Below the pieces are notes generated by a model, which saw only the letters and a list, made by a program, of their open reading frames with translations, was not told the origin of the DNA and did not search any database. A stretch of 64,000 bases of DNA from NCBI GenBank assembly GCA_963798915.1, contig CAWCVB010000003.1, positions 32,001-96,000 of the forward strand, given 5' to 3'. The position numbers and the translations under genes were made by a program. Source of the stretch: an uncultured Gemmatimonadales bacterium (GTDB lineage: Bacteria > Gemmatimonadota > Gemmatimonadetes > Gemmatimonadales > GWC2-71-9). The stretch's first letter is position 1. Each line of letters begins with the position of its first letter. Shown piece after piece: positions 53,049-62,952 of the stretch.

Positions 53049-53106
53049 CGTGGGCTCCTTCCGACGTCTTCAATGTGGTGCAAGTCGGGCAGTCGCGCTA
53101 CCGGCG

Positions 53107-54333
53107 TCAGGCTTCGCTGACCAGCTGGCCGGGCCCGCCCGGGCCGGCTGGCGCGCCGGCTGCAGGACCCAGCAGCGCCTTGAGGGCGGGCGGCGCAATC
53201 AGCGTCGTGACCATGACCATCAGGGTGATAGCGCTGAAGAGCCCCGCATCGAGCACGCCTGCCGCCAGCCCGGTTTGTGCAAAGATCAGGCCCACCTCGC
53301 CTCGCGGCACCATGCCGACGCCCACCACCAGCTTGCGGCCCCGGAACCAGAATGGAGCGAAGCCCGCCGCCACCTTGCCGATGATGGCCGCCACGATGAG
53401 CACGAAGCCGACCGCGAGAATCCGCGGTTGCAGGAAGCTGCGCACATCCACCGCGGCGCCGACGGCGACGAAGAAGATCGGCACGAAGAAATGGCCCAGG
53501 CGCACCACGCCCCGTTCGATGGTCCGGGCATGCGCCGTTGGTGCGAAAATGAGCCCGGCCGTAAAGGCGCCGATGATCATGGCCGATCCGACCGCGTCGG
53601 CGAGGGCCGCGAGCAGAAAGCCGATGACCAATCCCATCATGCCCAGCGTCTGTTCGGTCCCCACTCGCGCGAGCAGGCGGAACAGCCCGGGAACCAGCAG
53701 CCGCCCGGCAACCAGCGACAGCGCGACGAATCCGAATGCGGTCAGCGTCGTGACCGAGACGCTGGCGACGCTGAGGCTCTCGCCGGCGACCAGCCGGGCC
53801 ACGACGGCAAGGATGATGAGCCCCACAATGTCATCGATCACAGCGGCGCCCAGCACGACCTGGCTCTCCTGGTCCTTGAGCCGGCCAAGATCACTGAGCA
53901 CCCGCGCGGTGATGCCGACGGAGGTGGCGGTGAGCGCGGCGGCAGCCACCAGCGACGGGAGCTGGCCCATGGCGAGAAACGATTCAGCGCCCAGTCCCAG
54001 CAGGAACGGCAACGCCACTCCGACGAGCGCCACCGTCGCGGCGGTGCCGCCCACGGAGAGCAAGCGCCGAAGGTCGGTCTGCAAACCGATCTCGAAGAGC
54101 AGGATGACAACGCCGATCTCCGCCATGGCGTCGATGATCGGCAGGTGCGGGTCCACCACTCCCAGTACGGAGGGACCCAGCAGCACGCCGGCCACCAGCT
54201 CGCCGAGCACTGCCGGCTGGCCGATGCGTTCGGCCAGTTCGCCCAGTAACTTGGCGGCAGCCAGCAAGGCCGCCAGCATGAGCAGGATGACGGGCACGGA
54301 CACGATGCCGTCGCTGACGGCGGCCACCAGCAT
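53107..54333 (-). CDS. Cation:proton antiporter (CPA2/NapA-like)
   Basis: GELVAGVLLGPS, TATSVGIT, AAVIDD, GMVPRGE. Confidence 0.92.
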   Translation of the reverse strand: MLVAAVSDGIVSVPVILLMLAALLAAAKLLGELAERIGQPAVLGELVAGVLLGPSVLGVVDPHLPIIDAMAEIGVVILLFEIGLQTDLRRLLSVGGTAATVALVGVALPFLLGLGAESFLAMGQLPSLVAAAALTATSVGITARVLSDLGRLKDQESQVVLGAAVIDDIVGLIILAVVARLVAGESLSVASVSVTTLTAFGFVALSLVAGRLLVPGLFRLLARVGTEQTLGMMGLVIGFLLAALADAVGSAMIIGAFTAGLIFAPTAHARTIERGVVRLGHFFVPIFFVAVGAAVDVRSFLQPRILAVGFVLIVAAIIGKVAAGFAPFWFRGRKLVVGVGMVPRGEVGLIFAQTGLAAGVLDAGLFSAITLMVMVTTLIAPPALKALLGPAAGAPAGPGGPGQLVSEA

Positions 54334-54335
54334 GG

Positions 54336-55400
54336 TCAGTTCGAGGTGTCGGACGACAGGATGGAGAGCAGCTCGACGACCGGCGTGGAGAGAAACCGGG
54401 TGCGCGCCGCTCGAACCCGGGCGCGGATCGTGAGTCCGGCAAGCGCGGGAAGCGTCGCGACCTTGGACGAGTCTTCACGCGAGAGCATCACGTAGACGAA
54501 TCCCGGCTCGGGCAGTGGGCCGCGCGCGAGCATGTACGGCTGTCCCGGTGGCATCTCCGGACGCAGCTCGTCGGCGCTGGCCATCGAGATGAACTGGATG
54601 CGCCACTCGACTTCCTTGCCCACGTAGCGCTCGGGGTTGGCGCGCACCTCCGCCGCCGTCACGCCCTGCGCGGCGCTGTCGGATGGTATCAGATCATCGC
54701 TCCGCACCCACGCCTCGAGTTGCACCCGCGACCAGATTCCCGCGGTACTGAGCACCCGGACGGGGGCCCCGGCCCCCAGGGTCCCGATCTGCCCGGCGTC
54801 AGGAGATTTCAGCATCGGAGTGCCACGCGCCGCCGCCATCCGCGCCTCGGTACGGGAGGCCGAGTCCTGCGGCGGACTCGAGGAGGTGGACACCGGACCT
54901 CCGGCAGGTGCCTGGTAAGCCTGGGTCCGCTCTGAATCCGGCTTGGCGGCCACTCGCTTCACGGGCGCTGCTACGGCGGCAGCCGGCACCCACACGACGC
55001 GCGCGACCTGGCTCCAGCCGCCGCGCGACGCGAGCCGGTTGAGCAGCATCCCTTCTTCGAGCTGGGCCACTTCCTTTCCTGACGGCGATGCGCGGAGGCG
55101 TACGTTGTCCGCCGTCACCACCACATCGAAGCCATCGCGCCGGTCGGCCTTCAGCAATGACGTCGAGACCCAGCCGCGCAGCCGAACCTGGCGCCAGCGG
55201 CCGCGATGCCCGGTGACCGGCAGATCGGACGCACTTGAGAGCCGCGCGAGCACGGTCCCGTCCGGTGCCTTCCGCAGGTCGGATACCGCAATCCGGCTGG
55301 TCTCCTGTGCCTGGGCGGGCATGGCGCACGCGAGCATGACGAGCAGCAGGCAGGCTGGTAGGCGGCAGAGCGCGAAACTAGATTGCGGCGCGTTCATCAT
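54336..55400 (-). CDS. Exported protein with SH3-like repeats
   Basis: Signal peptide; three units like NVRLRASPSG...GGWSQV..WV. Confidence 0.65.
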   Translation of the reverse strand: MMNAPQSSFALCRLPACLLLVMLACAMPAQAQETSRIAVSDLRKAPDGTVLARLSSASDLPVTGHRGRWRQVRLRGWVSTSLLKADRRDGFDVVVTADNVRLRASPSGKEVAQLEEGMLLNRLASRGGWSQVARVVWVPAAAVAAPVKRVAAKPDSERTQAYQAPAGGPVSTSSSPPQDSASRTEARMAAARGTPMLKSPDAGQIGTLGAGAPVRVLSTAGIWSRVQLEAWVRSDDLIPSDSAAQGVTAAEVRANPERYVGKEVEWRIQFISMASADELRPEMPPGQPYMLARGPLPEPGFVYVMLSREDSSKVATLPALAGLTIRARVRAARTRFLSTPVVELLSILSSDTSN

Positions 55401-55429
55401 TGATCGTCATTGTAATCCCCCGGAGAATC

Positions 55430-56977
55430 ATGTCCAAATCACGTGCTCCAGTGGCACTCATCGTGCTTGACGGGTGGGGATATCGCCCCGAACGCGCTGG
55501 GAATGCCATTGAACTGGCGCACACGCCCGTCTGGCATCACCTCTGGGAAAGCTGTCCTCGCACCCTGCTCGATGCGAGCGGCCTGGCGGTCGGACTCCCG
55601 GCCGGACAAATGGGCAACAGCGAAGTCGGACACCTCAATCTTGGCGCCGGGCGGGTGGTGCCGCAGGATATCGTCCGGATCTCGGCGAGCATCGCCGACG
55701 GGAGCTTCTTTCGCCTGGAGCCGTTCCTGGCGCTCGGCGAACACCTGCGGCGCACCGGCGGTACGCTGCACCTGGTCGGCCTGCTGGGGCCCGGCGGCGT
55801 GCATGCCATCGATCGCCACCTGCTCGCGTGCATCGAGCTGGGTGTGCGGCTGGATGTGGCGCGCATTGCCGTGCAGGGATTTCTCGACGGACGGGACACG
55901 CTGCCGGCCATCGGCGCCTCCGTGGTTCGCCAGCTCCTCGAGGACATGGAAGGAATTGCGGGGCCTCGCGCCGTGCTCGCTTCGCTGTGTGGCCGCTATT
56001 ACGCCATGGACCGGGACCGGCGATGGGAACGCACCAGGCTCGCCTATGAGGCGCTGGTGCATGGACAGGGCCAGCTGACCGATGATCCGGTTGGGGCCAT
56101 CGAAGCCAGTCATGCGGCCGGCGTCACTGACGAGTTCGTGCGGCCCATCGTGATGAGCGGCGACGACGGCGGCGCCGTCTGTCCCATGCGGGACGGCGAT
56201 GCGATGCTCTGCTTCAATTTTCGGAGCGACCGGATGCGCCAGATCGTCTCGGCGCTCATGCTCGAGGACTTTTCGGGCTTTCCGGTGCCTGACCGGCCGA
56301 AGCTGTCCGCCGTCACCATGACGCAATATGACCGGACCTTCCCGATTCCTCAGGCGTTTCCTCCCTTCAGTCTGGCACGGATCATGGCCGAAGTGCTGGC
56401 CGATCAGGGCCGGACCCAGCTTCGCACGGCGGAAACCGAGAAATATCCGCACGTCACCTATTTCTTCAATGGTGGATTCGAGCCACCTTATCCGGGCGAG
56501 GAACGGAACCTGGTGCCCTCACCCAAGGTGGCGACGTATGATCTCCAGCCCGAGATGAGTGCGGCAGGTGTCACCGACTCGCTGTGCCAGGCACTGGAGC
56601 AGCGCAGTCATGACTTCATTCTCTGCAACTTTGCCAACGCCGACATGGTCGGACATACCGGCGTGCTGCCTGCCGTCATCACTGCGGTCGAAACGGTCGA
56701 CCGCTGTCTCGCACGCGTTCTGGAGAGCGCCGAGGACGCCGGCGCCACGCTCTTTATCACCGCCGACCATGGCAATGCAGAGTACATGATTGATGAGGCC
56801 ACCGGCGGGCCGCATACCGCTCATACGACCAACCCGGTACCCTTCGTCTCGGCACGCGGCTGTGCAGGCCGGTTGCGGACCGGTGGCGCGCTGGGTGACG
56901 TGGCTCCCACGATCCTCCATTGCATGGGGATCGATCCGTCGCCGGAAATGACCGGCCGCGACCTTCGCGAGGGCTGA
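55430..56977 (+). CDS. gpmI: 2,3-bisphosphoglycerate-independent phosphoglycerate mutase
   Basis: LDGWG, QMGNSEVGH, MDRD, AETEKYPHVT, DMVGHTG, TADHGN, HTAHT. Confidence 0.97.
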   Translation: MSKSRAPVALIVLDGWGYRPERAGNAIELAHTPVWHHLWESCPRTLLDASGLAVGLPAGQMGNSEVGHLNLGAGRVVPQDIVRISASIADGSFFRLEPFLALGEHLRRTGGTLHLVGLLGPGGVHAIDRHLLACIELGVRLDVARIAVQGFLDGRDTLPAIGASVVRQLLEDMEGIAGPRAVLASLCGRYYAMDRDRRWERTRLAYEALVHGQGQLTDDPVGAIEASHAAGVTDEFVRPIVMSGDDGGAVCPMRDGDAMLCFNFRSDRMRQIVSALMLEDFSGFPVPDRPKLSAVTMTQYDRTFPIPQAFPPFSLARIMAEVLADQGRTQLRTAETEKYPHVTYFFNGGFEPPYPGEERNLVPSPKVATYDLQPEMSAAGVTDSLCQALEQRSHDFILCNFANADMVGHTGVLPAVITAVETVDRCLARVLESAEDAGATLFITADHGNAEYMIDEATGGPHTAHTTNPVPFVSARGCAGRLRTGGALGDVAPTILHCMGIDPSPEMTGRDLREG

Positions 56978-57687
56978 TGCGCGCTTATTTGGCTGGACTG
57001 CTGCTTCTGACTGTTGTCGCCCCGGCGGCCATGGCGCAGGTGGGCCACCCGCCCGACCAGAGCCCATATCACGAGATCCCCGCCGGGCATGTGCTGACGC
57101 CGCTGATCGGGTTTGTTCGCGGCGACGGTGGACCGCTCGGCGTGGGTCCACACAACGGCACGATCTTCGGGGGCCGTTACGATGTCCGGGCCAATCGCAC
57201 CGTAGGAATGGGCGTGTCGGTGGCGAGTGGCAACCTCGAGCGACTGATCGTCAATCCCTTCGTGAAGGTCGCCAATCGCACCACCGGGCCTGTCTCGCAG
57301 CGGGTGACCTTTGCGGATGTGACCCTGCAGCTCAACCTGACGGGCGCCAAAAGCTGGAATGGCCTGGCACCGTACGCCGGGCTCAGCGCGGGACTTGCCT
57401 TCGGGAAGACGACACCGGCAGATACCAGCGGGTACAAGTTCGGCAACAAGTTCTATGTCGCGCCGCAGGTCGGGACCCGCTTCTTCCTGACCAGCCGGTT
57501 GCTCCTTCGCGCCGAGGTCCGGGGAACGTTCTGGAAGCTCAATTACCCCAGTAGTTTTGCGACCGAACCGGTGGAGGAGCCCGGCACCAGCGAAAACCCC
57601 AACGCGGTGCGGCCCAGTGGTGACCTTGGCGACTGGGTGCTCACGCCGGTGTTGCGTGTCGGCGTGGGTTACCTGATCCACTGGTAA
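56977..57687 (+). CDS. Outer-membrane beta-barrel-like protein
   Basis: Signal peptide, PYAGLSAG, amphipathic strands, terminal aromatic residue. Confidence 0.65.
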   Translation: MRAYLAGLLLLTVVAPAAMAQVGHPPDQSPYHEIPAGHVLTPLIGFVRGDGGPLGVGPHNGTIFGGRYDVRANRTVGMGVSVASGNLERLIVNPFVKVANRTTGPVSQRVTFADVTLQLNLTGAKSWNGLAPYAGLSAGLAFGKTTPADTSGYKFGNKFYVAPQVGTRFFLTSRLLLRAEVRGTFWKLNYPSSFATEPVEEPGTSENPNAVRPSGDLGDWVLTPVLRVGVGYLIHW

Positions 57688-57690
57688 CCG

Positions 57691-58449
57691 GTGAGTCCGG
57701 GAGGCGCACCGTTCCGCCCCGAGAAGCGAGGGGGGCGATTGGCGGAGGATGCCGCCGTGGACGAAGTCCCGGTCTGGCTTGAGGTCAACGGCATCCCCAC
57801 CGTCACCTGGATGTGCACGCCCGACCTGCTCGAAGAACTGGCCGTCGGCTGGCTGCATGGCGAGGGGTACATCCACGTGGCGGCGGACGTGCAACTGCGG
57901 CCCTGTGCCAGCGACCTCGGTTTCTGGGCCAGGGTCTCCCCCGCCTCCGTCGAGGCGGTGAGGGGCGAACAGCGGCGGCCGGTACTGGCGTCCGGCTGTG
58001 GCGCCGTGTCCACCTTCCTGGCTGATCCGTCCACCGTGCAGCCGGAGCCGCCGCGTGGCGCGCCTCCTGACGGCGCCACACTCCGCCAGCGGTTCAAGGA
58101 GCTGTTCCAGCGTGGTGAACGGTACCGGGATACCGGAGGGATTCACGCCGCCGCGCTCACTGACGGTGCCTCGCTCCTCGCGCACGCCGAGGACATCGGG
58201 CGGCACAACGCGGTGGACAAGTCGATCGGACTCGCCCTCCTCGCCGGCCAGCCTGTTGCAGGAATGGGATTGCTCGTTACCGGTCGCATCTCCGCTGAAC
58301 TTGCCTTCAAGGCCGCACGGGCGCGTCTGGCCTGGGTCGCCACGCCGTCAGTGCCGTCGACGCTGGCCGTCGAAATCGCCAGGAGATCCGGCATGACGCT
58401 GGTCGGCCGTGCCGTGAGCGCGTCGCCGGCATTGCATCCGCGTCCCTGA
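57691..58449 (+). CDS. fdhD: Formate dehydrogenase accessory sulfurtransferase
   Basis: MCTP..LEELAVGWL..EG, SGCG, TGGIHAA, EDIGRHNAVDK, TGRIS. Confidence 0.93.
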   Translation: MSPGGAPFRPEKRGGRLAEDAAVDEVPVWLEVNGIPTVTWMCTPDLLEELAVGWLHGEGYIHVAADVQLRPCASDLGFWARVSPASVEAVRGEQRRPVLASGCGAVSTFLADPSTVQPEPPRGAPPDGATLRQRFKELFQRGERYRDTGGIHAAALTDGASLLAHAEDIGRHNAVDKSIGLALLAGQPVAGMGLLVTGRISAELAFKAARARLAWVATPSVPSTLAVEIARRSGMTLVGRAVSASPALHPRP

Positions 58450-58865
58450 TGCCCGCCCCGCTCGACCTGCGCGCGATATTCCGGGAGGCCCGGCGAATAG
58501 CCGTGGTAGGGCTGGGAGACAATCCTGGCCGGCCGGCCTACAGCGTGGCACGCTACCTTCAGCAGCAGGGCTACCGGATCGCGCCGATTCACCCGCGGGA
58601 CGACATGACGCTGGGCGAGCGAGTGTATCGTTCGCTGGAGCAGGCGGCCGAGGACGGCCCGGTGGATATCGTCGACGTCTTCCGGCGTCCTGACGCCATT
58701 CCGGCGCTGGTGGCGCCCTGTGTTGCCGTTCGTCCCCATATCGTCTGGCTACAGGTGGGGGTACGAAATGACGACGCCGCGCGCGCAATCGAAGCAGCCG
58801 GGATTCCGGTGATCCAGGATCGCTGCCTGGCCGTGGAACATCATCAGCTGGCGGGAGTCCCATGA
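58449..58865 (+). CDS. CoA-binding protein (YccU-like)
   Basis: IAVVG, DIVDVFR, VWLQVG, DRC. Confidence 0.9.
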   Translation: MPAPLDLRAIFREARRIAVVGLGDNPGRPAYSVARYLQQQGYRIAPIHPRDDMTLGERVYRSLEQAAEDGPVDIVDVFRRPDAIPALVAPCVAVRPHIVWLQVGVRNDDAARAIEAAGIPVIQDRCLAVEHHQLAGVP

Positions 58866-59671
58866 AATTACCGGCATTGATACTCCTGGCAGCCGCGCTG
58901 CTGCTGCCGAAAGGCGCCAGCGCACAGGCGCACGACCAGGCGCGACTCGTGATCAACGTCTCCGCCGGGTTCATGGGTGGCGCGTCACTGTGGCAAGTCA
59001 ATCGCCAGCCGCTGTACGATGAGTCCGGCGGCGAGCCGCTGATCGACTCGCTCACGATTCGCCGCCGGATCCGCAGCAGCGTCGTGGTCGGCGCTCGCGG
59101 CATCTACTTCCGGGGTGACCACCTCGGCTTTTTCGGCGAAGCATTTCTCCTCGGGCTTGGCTTCCGGGACAGCTGCGGCCGCACGTACGCCACCGCATCG
59201 TCCAGGAATGCCGAGGTGTGCAGCTCAATCAATGGAAGTGAAACGGCATCATCCGCGGTCCAGGTCGCGGGCGGGACGATCTATCGGATCGCCAGCCAGC
59301 GCGCCATCTCCCCGTACGTACGCGCCAGCGTGGGCCTCGCCATCGCCAGCCGGAGCGCCATCCTCACCAATGGCGTCTTCACCAGCGCGGCGGACAATGA
59401 CGAGCTGGTCGAGGTCAATGTCTTCAGCGACGCAGGCCGTTCGCAGCTCTATTTCGCTGGCGGTCTCGGCGCCGGGTTCACCGCACAGATTGCGCCCAGT
59501 TACCAATTGCGCTGGGAAGTGCGCGACAACATGGTACGGATGCCAAGCATCACTGGCCCAACCGTGCAGGATGGCAATCCCCCGGTCGTCGAAAGCCGGG
59601 TGCGGCACCTCTTTTCGATGAACATCGGGTTCGACGTGGTGCTGGAGCGGCGGCATGGGAGACGATATTAG
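58862..59671 (+). CDS. Outer-membrane beta-barrel-like protein
   Basis: Signal peptide, SPYVRASVG, LRWEVRD, amphipathic strands. Confidence 0.6.
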   Translation: MKLPALILLAAALLLPKGASAQAHDQARLVINVSAGFMGGASLWQVNRQPLYDESGGEPLIDSLTIRRRIRSSVVVGARGIYFRGDHLGFFGEAFLLGLGFRDSCGRTYATASSRNAEVCSSINGSETASSAVQVAGGTIYRIASQRAISPYVRASVGLAIASRSAILTNGVFTSAADNDELVEVNVFSDAGRSQLYFAGGLGAGFTAQIAPSYQLRWEVRDNMVRMPSITGPTVQDGNPPVVESRVRHLFSMNIGFDVVLERRHGRRY

Positions 59672-60362
59672 GCGGTCTGACGGTCAGGCGGACGGGCCGC
59701 CGAGGCTGCCAGCCGCCGAGTCAGGTCCCGCATCTCACGTTCCCCATGCCATCACCGGTGCCATTCTCGCCGGCGGGGCCTCGTCGCGCTTCGGCGGCCG
59801 GCCCAAGGGACTTGAAATGGTGGGCGGCGAACGCGTGATTGACCGGTTGGCGCGTTGCCTCAGGGAAGCCCTCGGCTGCTCGCCGGTACTCATCGCCAAC
59901 GCGTCGGATGCCGACAGCTGGGAAACCGGGTTGCGCATCGTGCCTGACATCCTGCCCGGCTATGGGGCACTGGGAGGCATCTACAGCGCCGTGGCGGCGG
60001 CGCCCGCGCCCGTCGTGGCCGTGGCCTGGGACATGCCCTTTGTCAATGCGTCGCTGGTACGGCTGCTGGCGGATGCCCTGGGCGAGCCGTACGACGCCGT
60101 GCTGCCCGCCAGCGCTGGCAGGCGCGGCGTGGAGCCGCTCTGCGCCGCCTACGGTCCAGCCTGCGAGCCCGCCATTCGCTCGGCGCTCGAACGGGGCGAC
60201 CGCCGCGCGATCGCGTTTCACGATGCAGTCTCCGTCTGCGTGCTTCCCACCGACCGCGTGGCCCAGGCCGGCGATCCCGAGCTGCTCTTCTTCAACATCA
60301 ACACGGCCGACGACCTGGCCCAGGCGGAGTCGCGGTGGCAGCGCGCCTTGTCTCCGTCGTAG
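59655..60362 (+). CDS. mobA: Molybdenum cofactor guanylyltransferase
   Basis: ILAGGASSRFG..KG, GALGGI, DMPF, EPLCA.Y, FNINT. Confidence 0.92.
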   Translation: MGDDIRRSDGQADGPPRLPAAESGPASHVPHAITGAILAGGASSRFGGRPKGLEMVGGERVIDRLARCLREALGCSPVLIANASDADSWETGLRIVPDILPGYGALGGIYSAVAAAPAPVVAVAWDMPFVNASLVRLLADALGEPYDAVLPASAGRRGVEPLCAAYGPACEPAIRSALERGDRRAIAFHDAVSVCVLPTDRVAQAGDPELLFFNINTADDLAQAESRWQRALSPS

Positions 60363-60859
60363 GCCGGAAGAACGCCGGCAAGACGACGCTGACCGTGGCG
60401 CTGTGCCGCGCCTTCCTGCGCGCGGGCCATCGTCCCATGACCATCAAGCATGGGCATCATCCGGCACTGGTGGATGGGGAAGGCACCGACACGTGGCGGC
60501 ACTTCAACGAGGGCGGTGCGGCGCGCACGCTCATTGCTTCGCCCACGCTCCGGGTGCTGTTCGAGCGAGCCGCGGATGACTATGACCCCGTCGGCCTCGC
60601 CCGGCGCTACATGGCGGATGCGGATATCGTGATCGTCGAGGGCTTTTCCCGGAGCACCCTCCCGCGGCTTGAGATCTGGCGCAGTATCCTGGAGGAACCA
60701 CCCCTGTATACCGGCCATGCCGTGCCATCACTCTGGCTGGGAGTGGTGAGCGACGCCGTGCTGGAGGCCCCCTGCCCCGTGCTGGCGCTGGACGCGCCTG
60801 ATCATGCGGACCGCGCGGCCGAACTCGCCTGGGCCGGCGCCATGCTGCTCGACCCGTGA
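60335..60859 (+). CDS. mobB: Molybdopterin-guanine dinucleotide biosynthesis protein B
   Basis: GRKNAGKTT, IKH, DTWRH..GA, IVEGF. Confidence 0.9.
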   Translation: MAARLVSVVGRKNAGKTTLTVALCRAFLRAGHRPMTIKHGHHPALVDGEGTDTWRHFNEGGAARTLIASPTLRVLFERAADDYDPVGLARRYMADADIVIVEGFSRSTLPRLEIWRSILEEPPLYTGHAVPSLWLGVVSDAVLEAPCPVLALDAPDHADRAAELAWAGAMLLDP

Positions 60860-62112
60860 CAGAATCCATGCTCTCGGCCCGGGAAGCCGCGGTATTGATC
60901 CTCCGGCATATTGAACCGCAGCCGGAGCTGCGGGTGCCGCTCGATGACGCGCTCGACTCGGTACTGGCGCAGGACCTGGTGAGCCCGATCGCGGTGCCGT
61001 TCTGGACCAATTCCGCCATGGACGGCTACGCCACCCGCGCGGCCGACGTGCGAGGCGCCAGCCGCGACGCACCGGTCCGCCTTCGCGTCATCGAAAGCAT
61101 CGCGGCCGGCGGGTTTCCCTCGCGCGCCATCGGGCCCGGTGAGTGCGCCAGGATCTTCACCGGAGCGCCGCTGCCCGACGGGGCCGATGGAGTGGTCCGG
61201 CAGGAAGACACCGACATGGGCACCGAGCTGGTGACGATCACCAGCGACCGTGACGCGGGTGTCAACTTCCGCCTGGCGGGCGAAGACATCCAGGCGGGCG
61301 ACATGATACTGCGCCGCGGTCATGCCCTGGGTCCGGCGGAGCTTGGCGTGCTCGCGTCACTGGCGGTGGCACATCCCATGGTCTTCCGCCGCCCACGCGT
61401 CGGCATCCTGGGCAGTGGTGACGAAGTGGCCGACGTAGATCAGCCCGAAGGAATCCTCAGCGGTCGCAAGGTGGCGAGCAGCAATACCCATACGCTCGTC
61501 GCGCTGGTTCGGCGAGCTGGTGGGGAACCGGTAAACCTCGGCATTGCGGGTGACACGCCTGAAAGCCTCCGCGCGCATCTGGCTCCCGCGCTCGACTGCG
61601 ATTTCCTGATTACCAGCGCCGGCATCAGCGTCGGCGAGCACGACCACCTACGTGGCGTGCTCGACGCCCTGGGCACTGACCTCAAGTTCTGGCGCCTGCG
61701 AATGCGCCCCGGCGCCCCGGTTGGCTTCGGCATGCTGGATGACATTCCGTGGCTGGGCCTCCCCGGCAATCCTGTCAGCACAATGGTCGGCTTCGAGCTG
61801 TTTGCCCGGCCCGCCATCCGCCGCATGTGCGGACATGCGCTTCCCTTTCGACGCTCGGTCGAGGTCACCGTCACGGAACCGATCACACTCCGGCCCCGTC
61901 TGCAGCATTTCCTGCGGGCGGTCGTCAGCGAAGGCGACGGAGCGCTCGAGGCCCGGCTCACCGGTCCGCAGGGATCGGGCATTCTCACGTCGATGATCAA
62001 GGCCAACGCCCTGCTGATCATCCCGGAGGGTCAGCACGAGACGCCGCGCGGGACGTTGGCGCTCGCCCTCAGGTTCGATGACCCCGTCTGCCAGGCCACT
62101 CCCGGGTTCTGA
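60856..62112 (+). CDS. moeA: Molybdopterin molybdotransferase
   Basis: NSAMDGYA, IFTGAPLP.GAD, SGDE, MRPG, LPGNPVS, QGSG. Confidence 0.95.
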   Translation: MTESMLSAREAAVLILRHIEPQPELRVPLDDALDSVLAQDLVSPIAVPFWTNSAMDGYATRAADVRGASRDAPVRLRVIESIAAGGFPSRAIGPGECARIFTGAPLPDGADGVVRQEDTDMGTELVTITSDRDAGVNFRLAGEDIQAGDMILRRGHALGPAELGVLASLAVAHPMVFRRPRVGILGSGDEVADVDQPEGILSGRKVASSNTHTLVALVRRAGGEPVNLGIAGDTPESLRAHLAPALDCDFLITSAGISVGEHDHLRGVLDALGTDLKFWRLRMRPGAPVGFGMLDDIPWLGLPGNPVSTMVGFELFARPAIRRMCGHALPFRRSVEVTVTEPITLRPRLQHFLRAVVSEGDGALEARLTGPQGSGILTSMIKANALLIIPEGQHETPRGTLALALRFDDPVCQATPGF

Positions 62113-62735
62113 TGGAGCCCCGCCAGCGCTTTCTGGATGCGTGGATGATGGTGGGCGCCACCGGAGATGGTGCGGCCGCCTTTGACGACCTCCTCGGCCG
62201 CTACGCCGAGCCACACCGTCACTATCATACGCTCCAACACGTGCTGGCCACGCTGGACGCGCTCCGCGATGCCGGCGCCGCTCCGGATCACCCAGCCGAG
62301 GCCGACCTTGCCCTCTGGTATCACGACGCCATCCATGACGTCGGACGCCAGGACAATGAGGAGGCCAGCGCCCTCCTCGCCCGCCGGGCACTGGCCGGGG
62401 CGCCAGCCGAGCGCCTCCAGCGAATTGCGGCGCTGATTGGCGACACCCGGCACGATGCGCCGGCCAGCTCCCGGGACGGCGCGCTTGTGGCTGATGCAGA
62501 CCTGGCAATCCTCGGTGCCGAGCCCAGCGTTTTTGACACCTATGAGCGTAACATCCGCCTCGAGTATGCTGACATCCCCGAAGCCGGCTACCGGGCCGGA
62601 CGGGCGGCTGTGCTGGAGCGGCTGCTGGCTCGTCCGAGTCTCTACCAGACGGACACCTTTCGCCATCGCTTCGAGGCGCCCGCGCGGGCGGCCCTGCAGC
62701 GCACCATCGCCCACCTCCGGCGACCCGCCATTTGA
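62112..62735 (+). CDS. Predicted metal-dependent HD-superfamily phosphohydrolase
   Basis: YAEPHRHYHTLQH, WYHDAI, NEEASA, DADLAILG, IRLEY. Confidence 0.85.
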   Translation: MEPRQRFLDAWMMVGATGDGAAAFDDLLGRYAEPHRHYHTLQHVLATLDALRDAGAAPDHPAEADLALWYHDAIHDVGRQDNEEASALLARRALAGAPAERLQRIAALIGDTRHDAPASSRDGALVADADLAILGAEPSVFDTYERNIRLEYADIPEAGYRAGRAAVLERLLARPSLYQTDTFRHRFEAPARAALQRTIAHLRRPAI

Positions 62736-62761
62736 CCACGTACGCGCCCATCCGCTACGTT
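62732..62761 (+). promoter_or_regulatory. Putative sigma70 promoter TTGACC-N18-TACGTT for the riboswitch leader
   Basis: Would place +1 at about 62767-62769, the first bases of aptamer P1. Confidence 0.55.
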
Positions 62762-62768
62762 TGAACCT

Positions 62769-62881
62769 CGAAGGGGAGTAGCTCGTCCGCCCTCAGGCGG
62801 AAGGCCGGATCGTCAGGACTGCCCTTGTGGGCACGGTCCGGCCAGGAGGCGGGAAGTCCCGCGCTCAGAGCGAGACCTTCG
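62769..62881 (+). ncRNA. yybP-ykoY (Mn2+-sensing) riboswitch aptamer
   Basis: AAGGGGAGTAGC 5' signature, CGTCA loop, GCGAGACCTT 3' signature, P1 CGAAGG/CCTTCG; a TerC gene lies downstream. Confidence 0.88.
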
Positions 62882-62922
62882 TCCCCCGCGACCAGCACCG
62901 GGGGACGAAGGTCTCGCTTTTT
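62869..62922 (+). terminator. Intrinsic terminator of the riboswitch expression platform
   Basis: Perfect 20-bp stem AGCGAGACCTTCGTCCCCCG / CGGGGGACGAAGGTCTCGCT followed by a T run. Confidence 0.85.
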
Positions 62923-62952
62923 GGTGCTGGCGCTTCAACTGGAGTGACACCG

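Noticed and set aside
62762..62788. TGAACC-N16-CGTCC as an ECF promoter for htpX
   Set aside because: Lies within the riboswitch aptamer and upstream of the terminator; better explained by RNA structural constraints.
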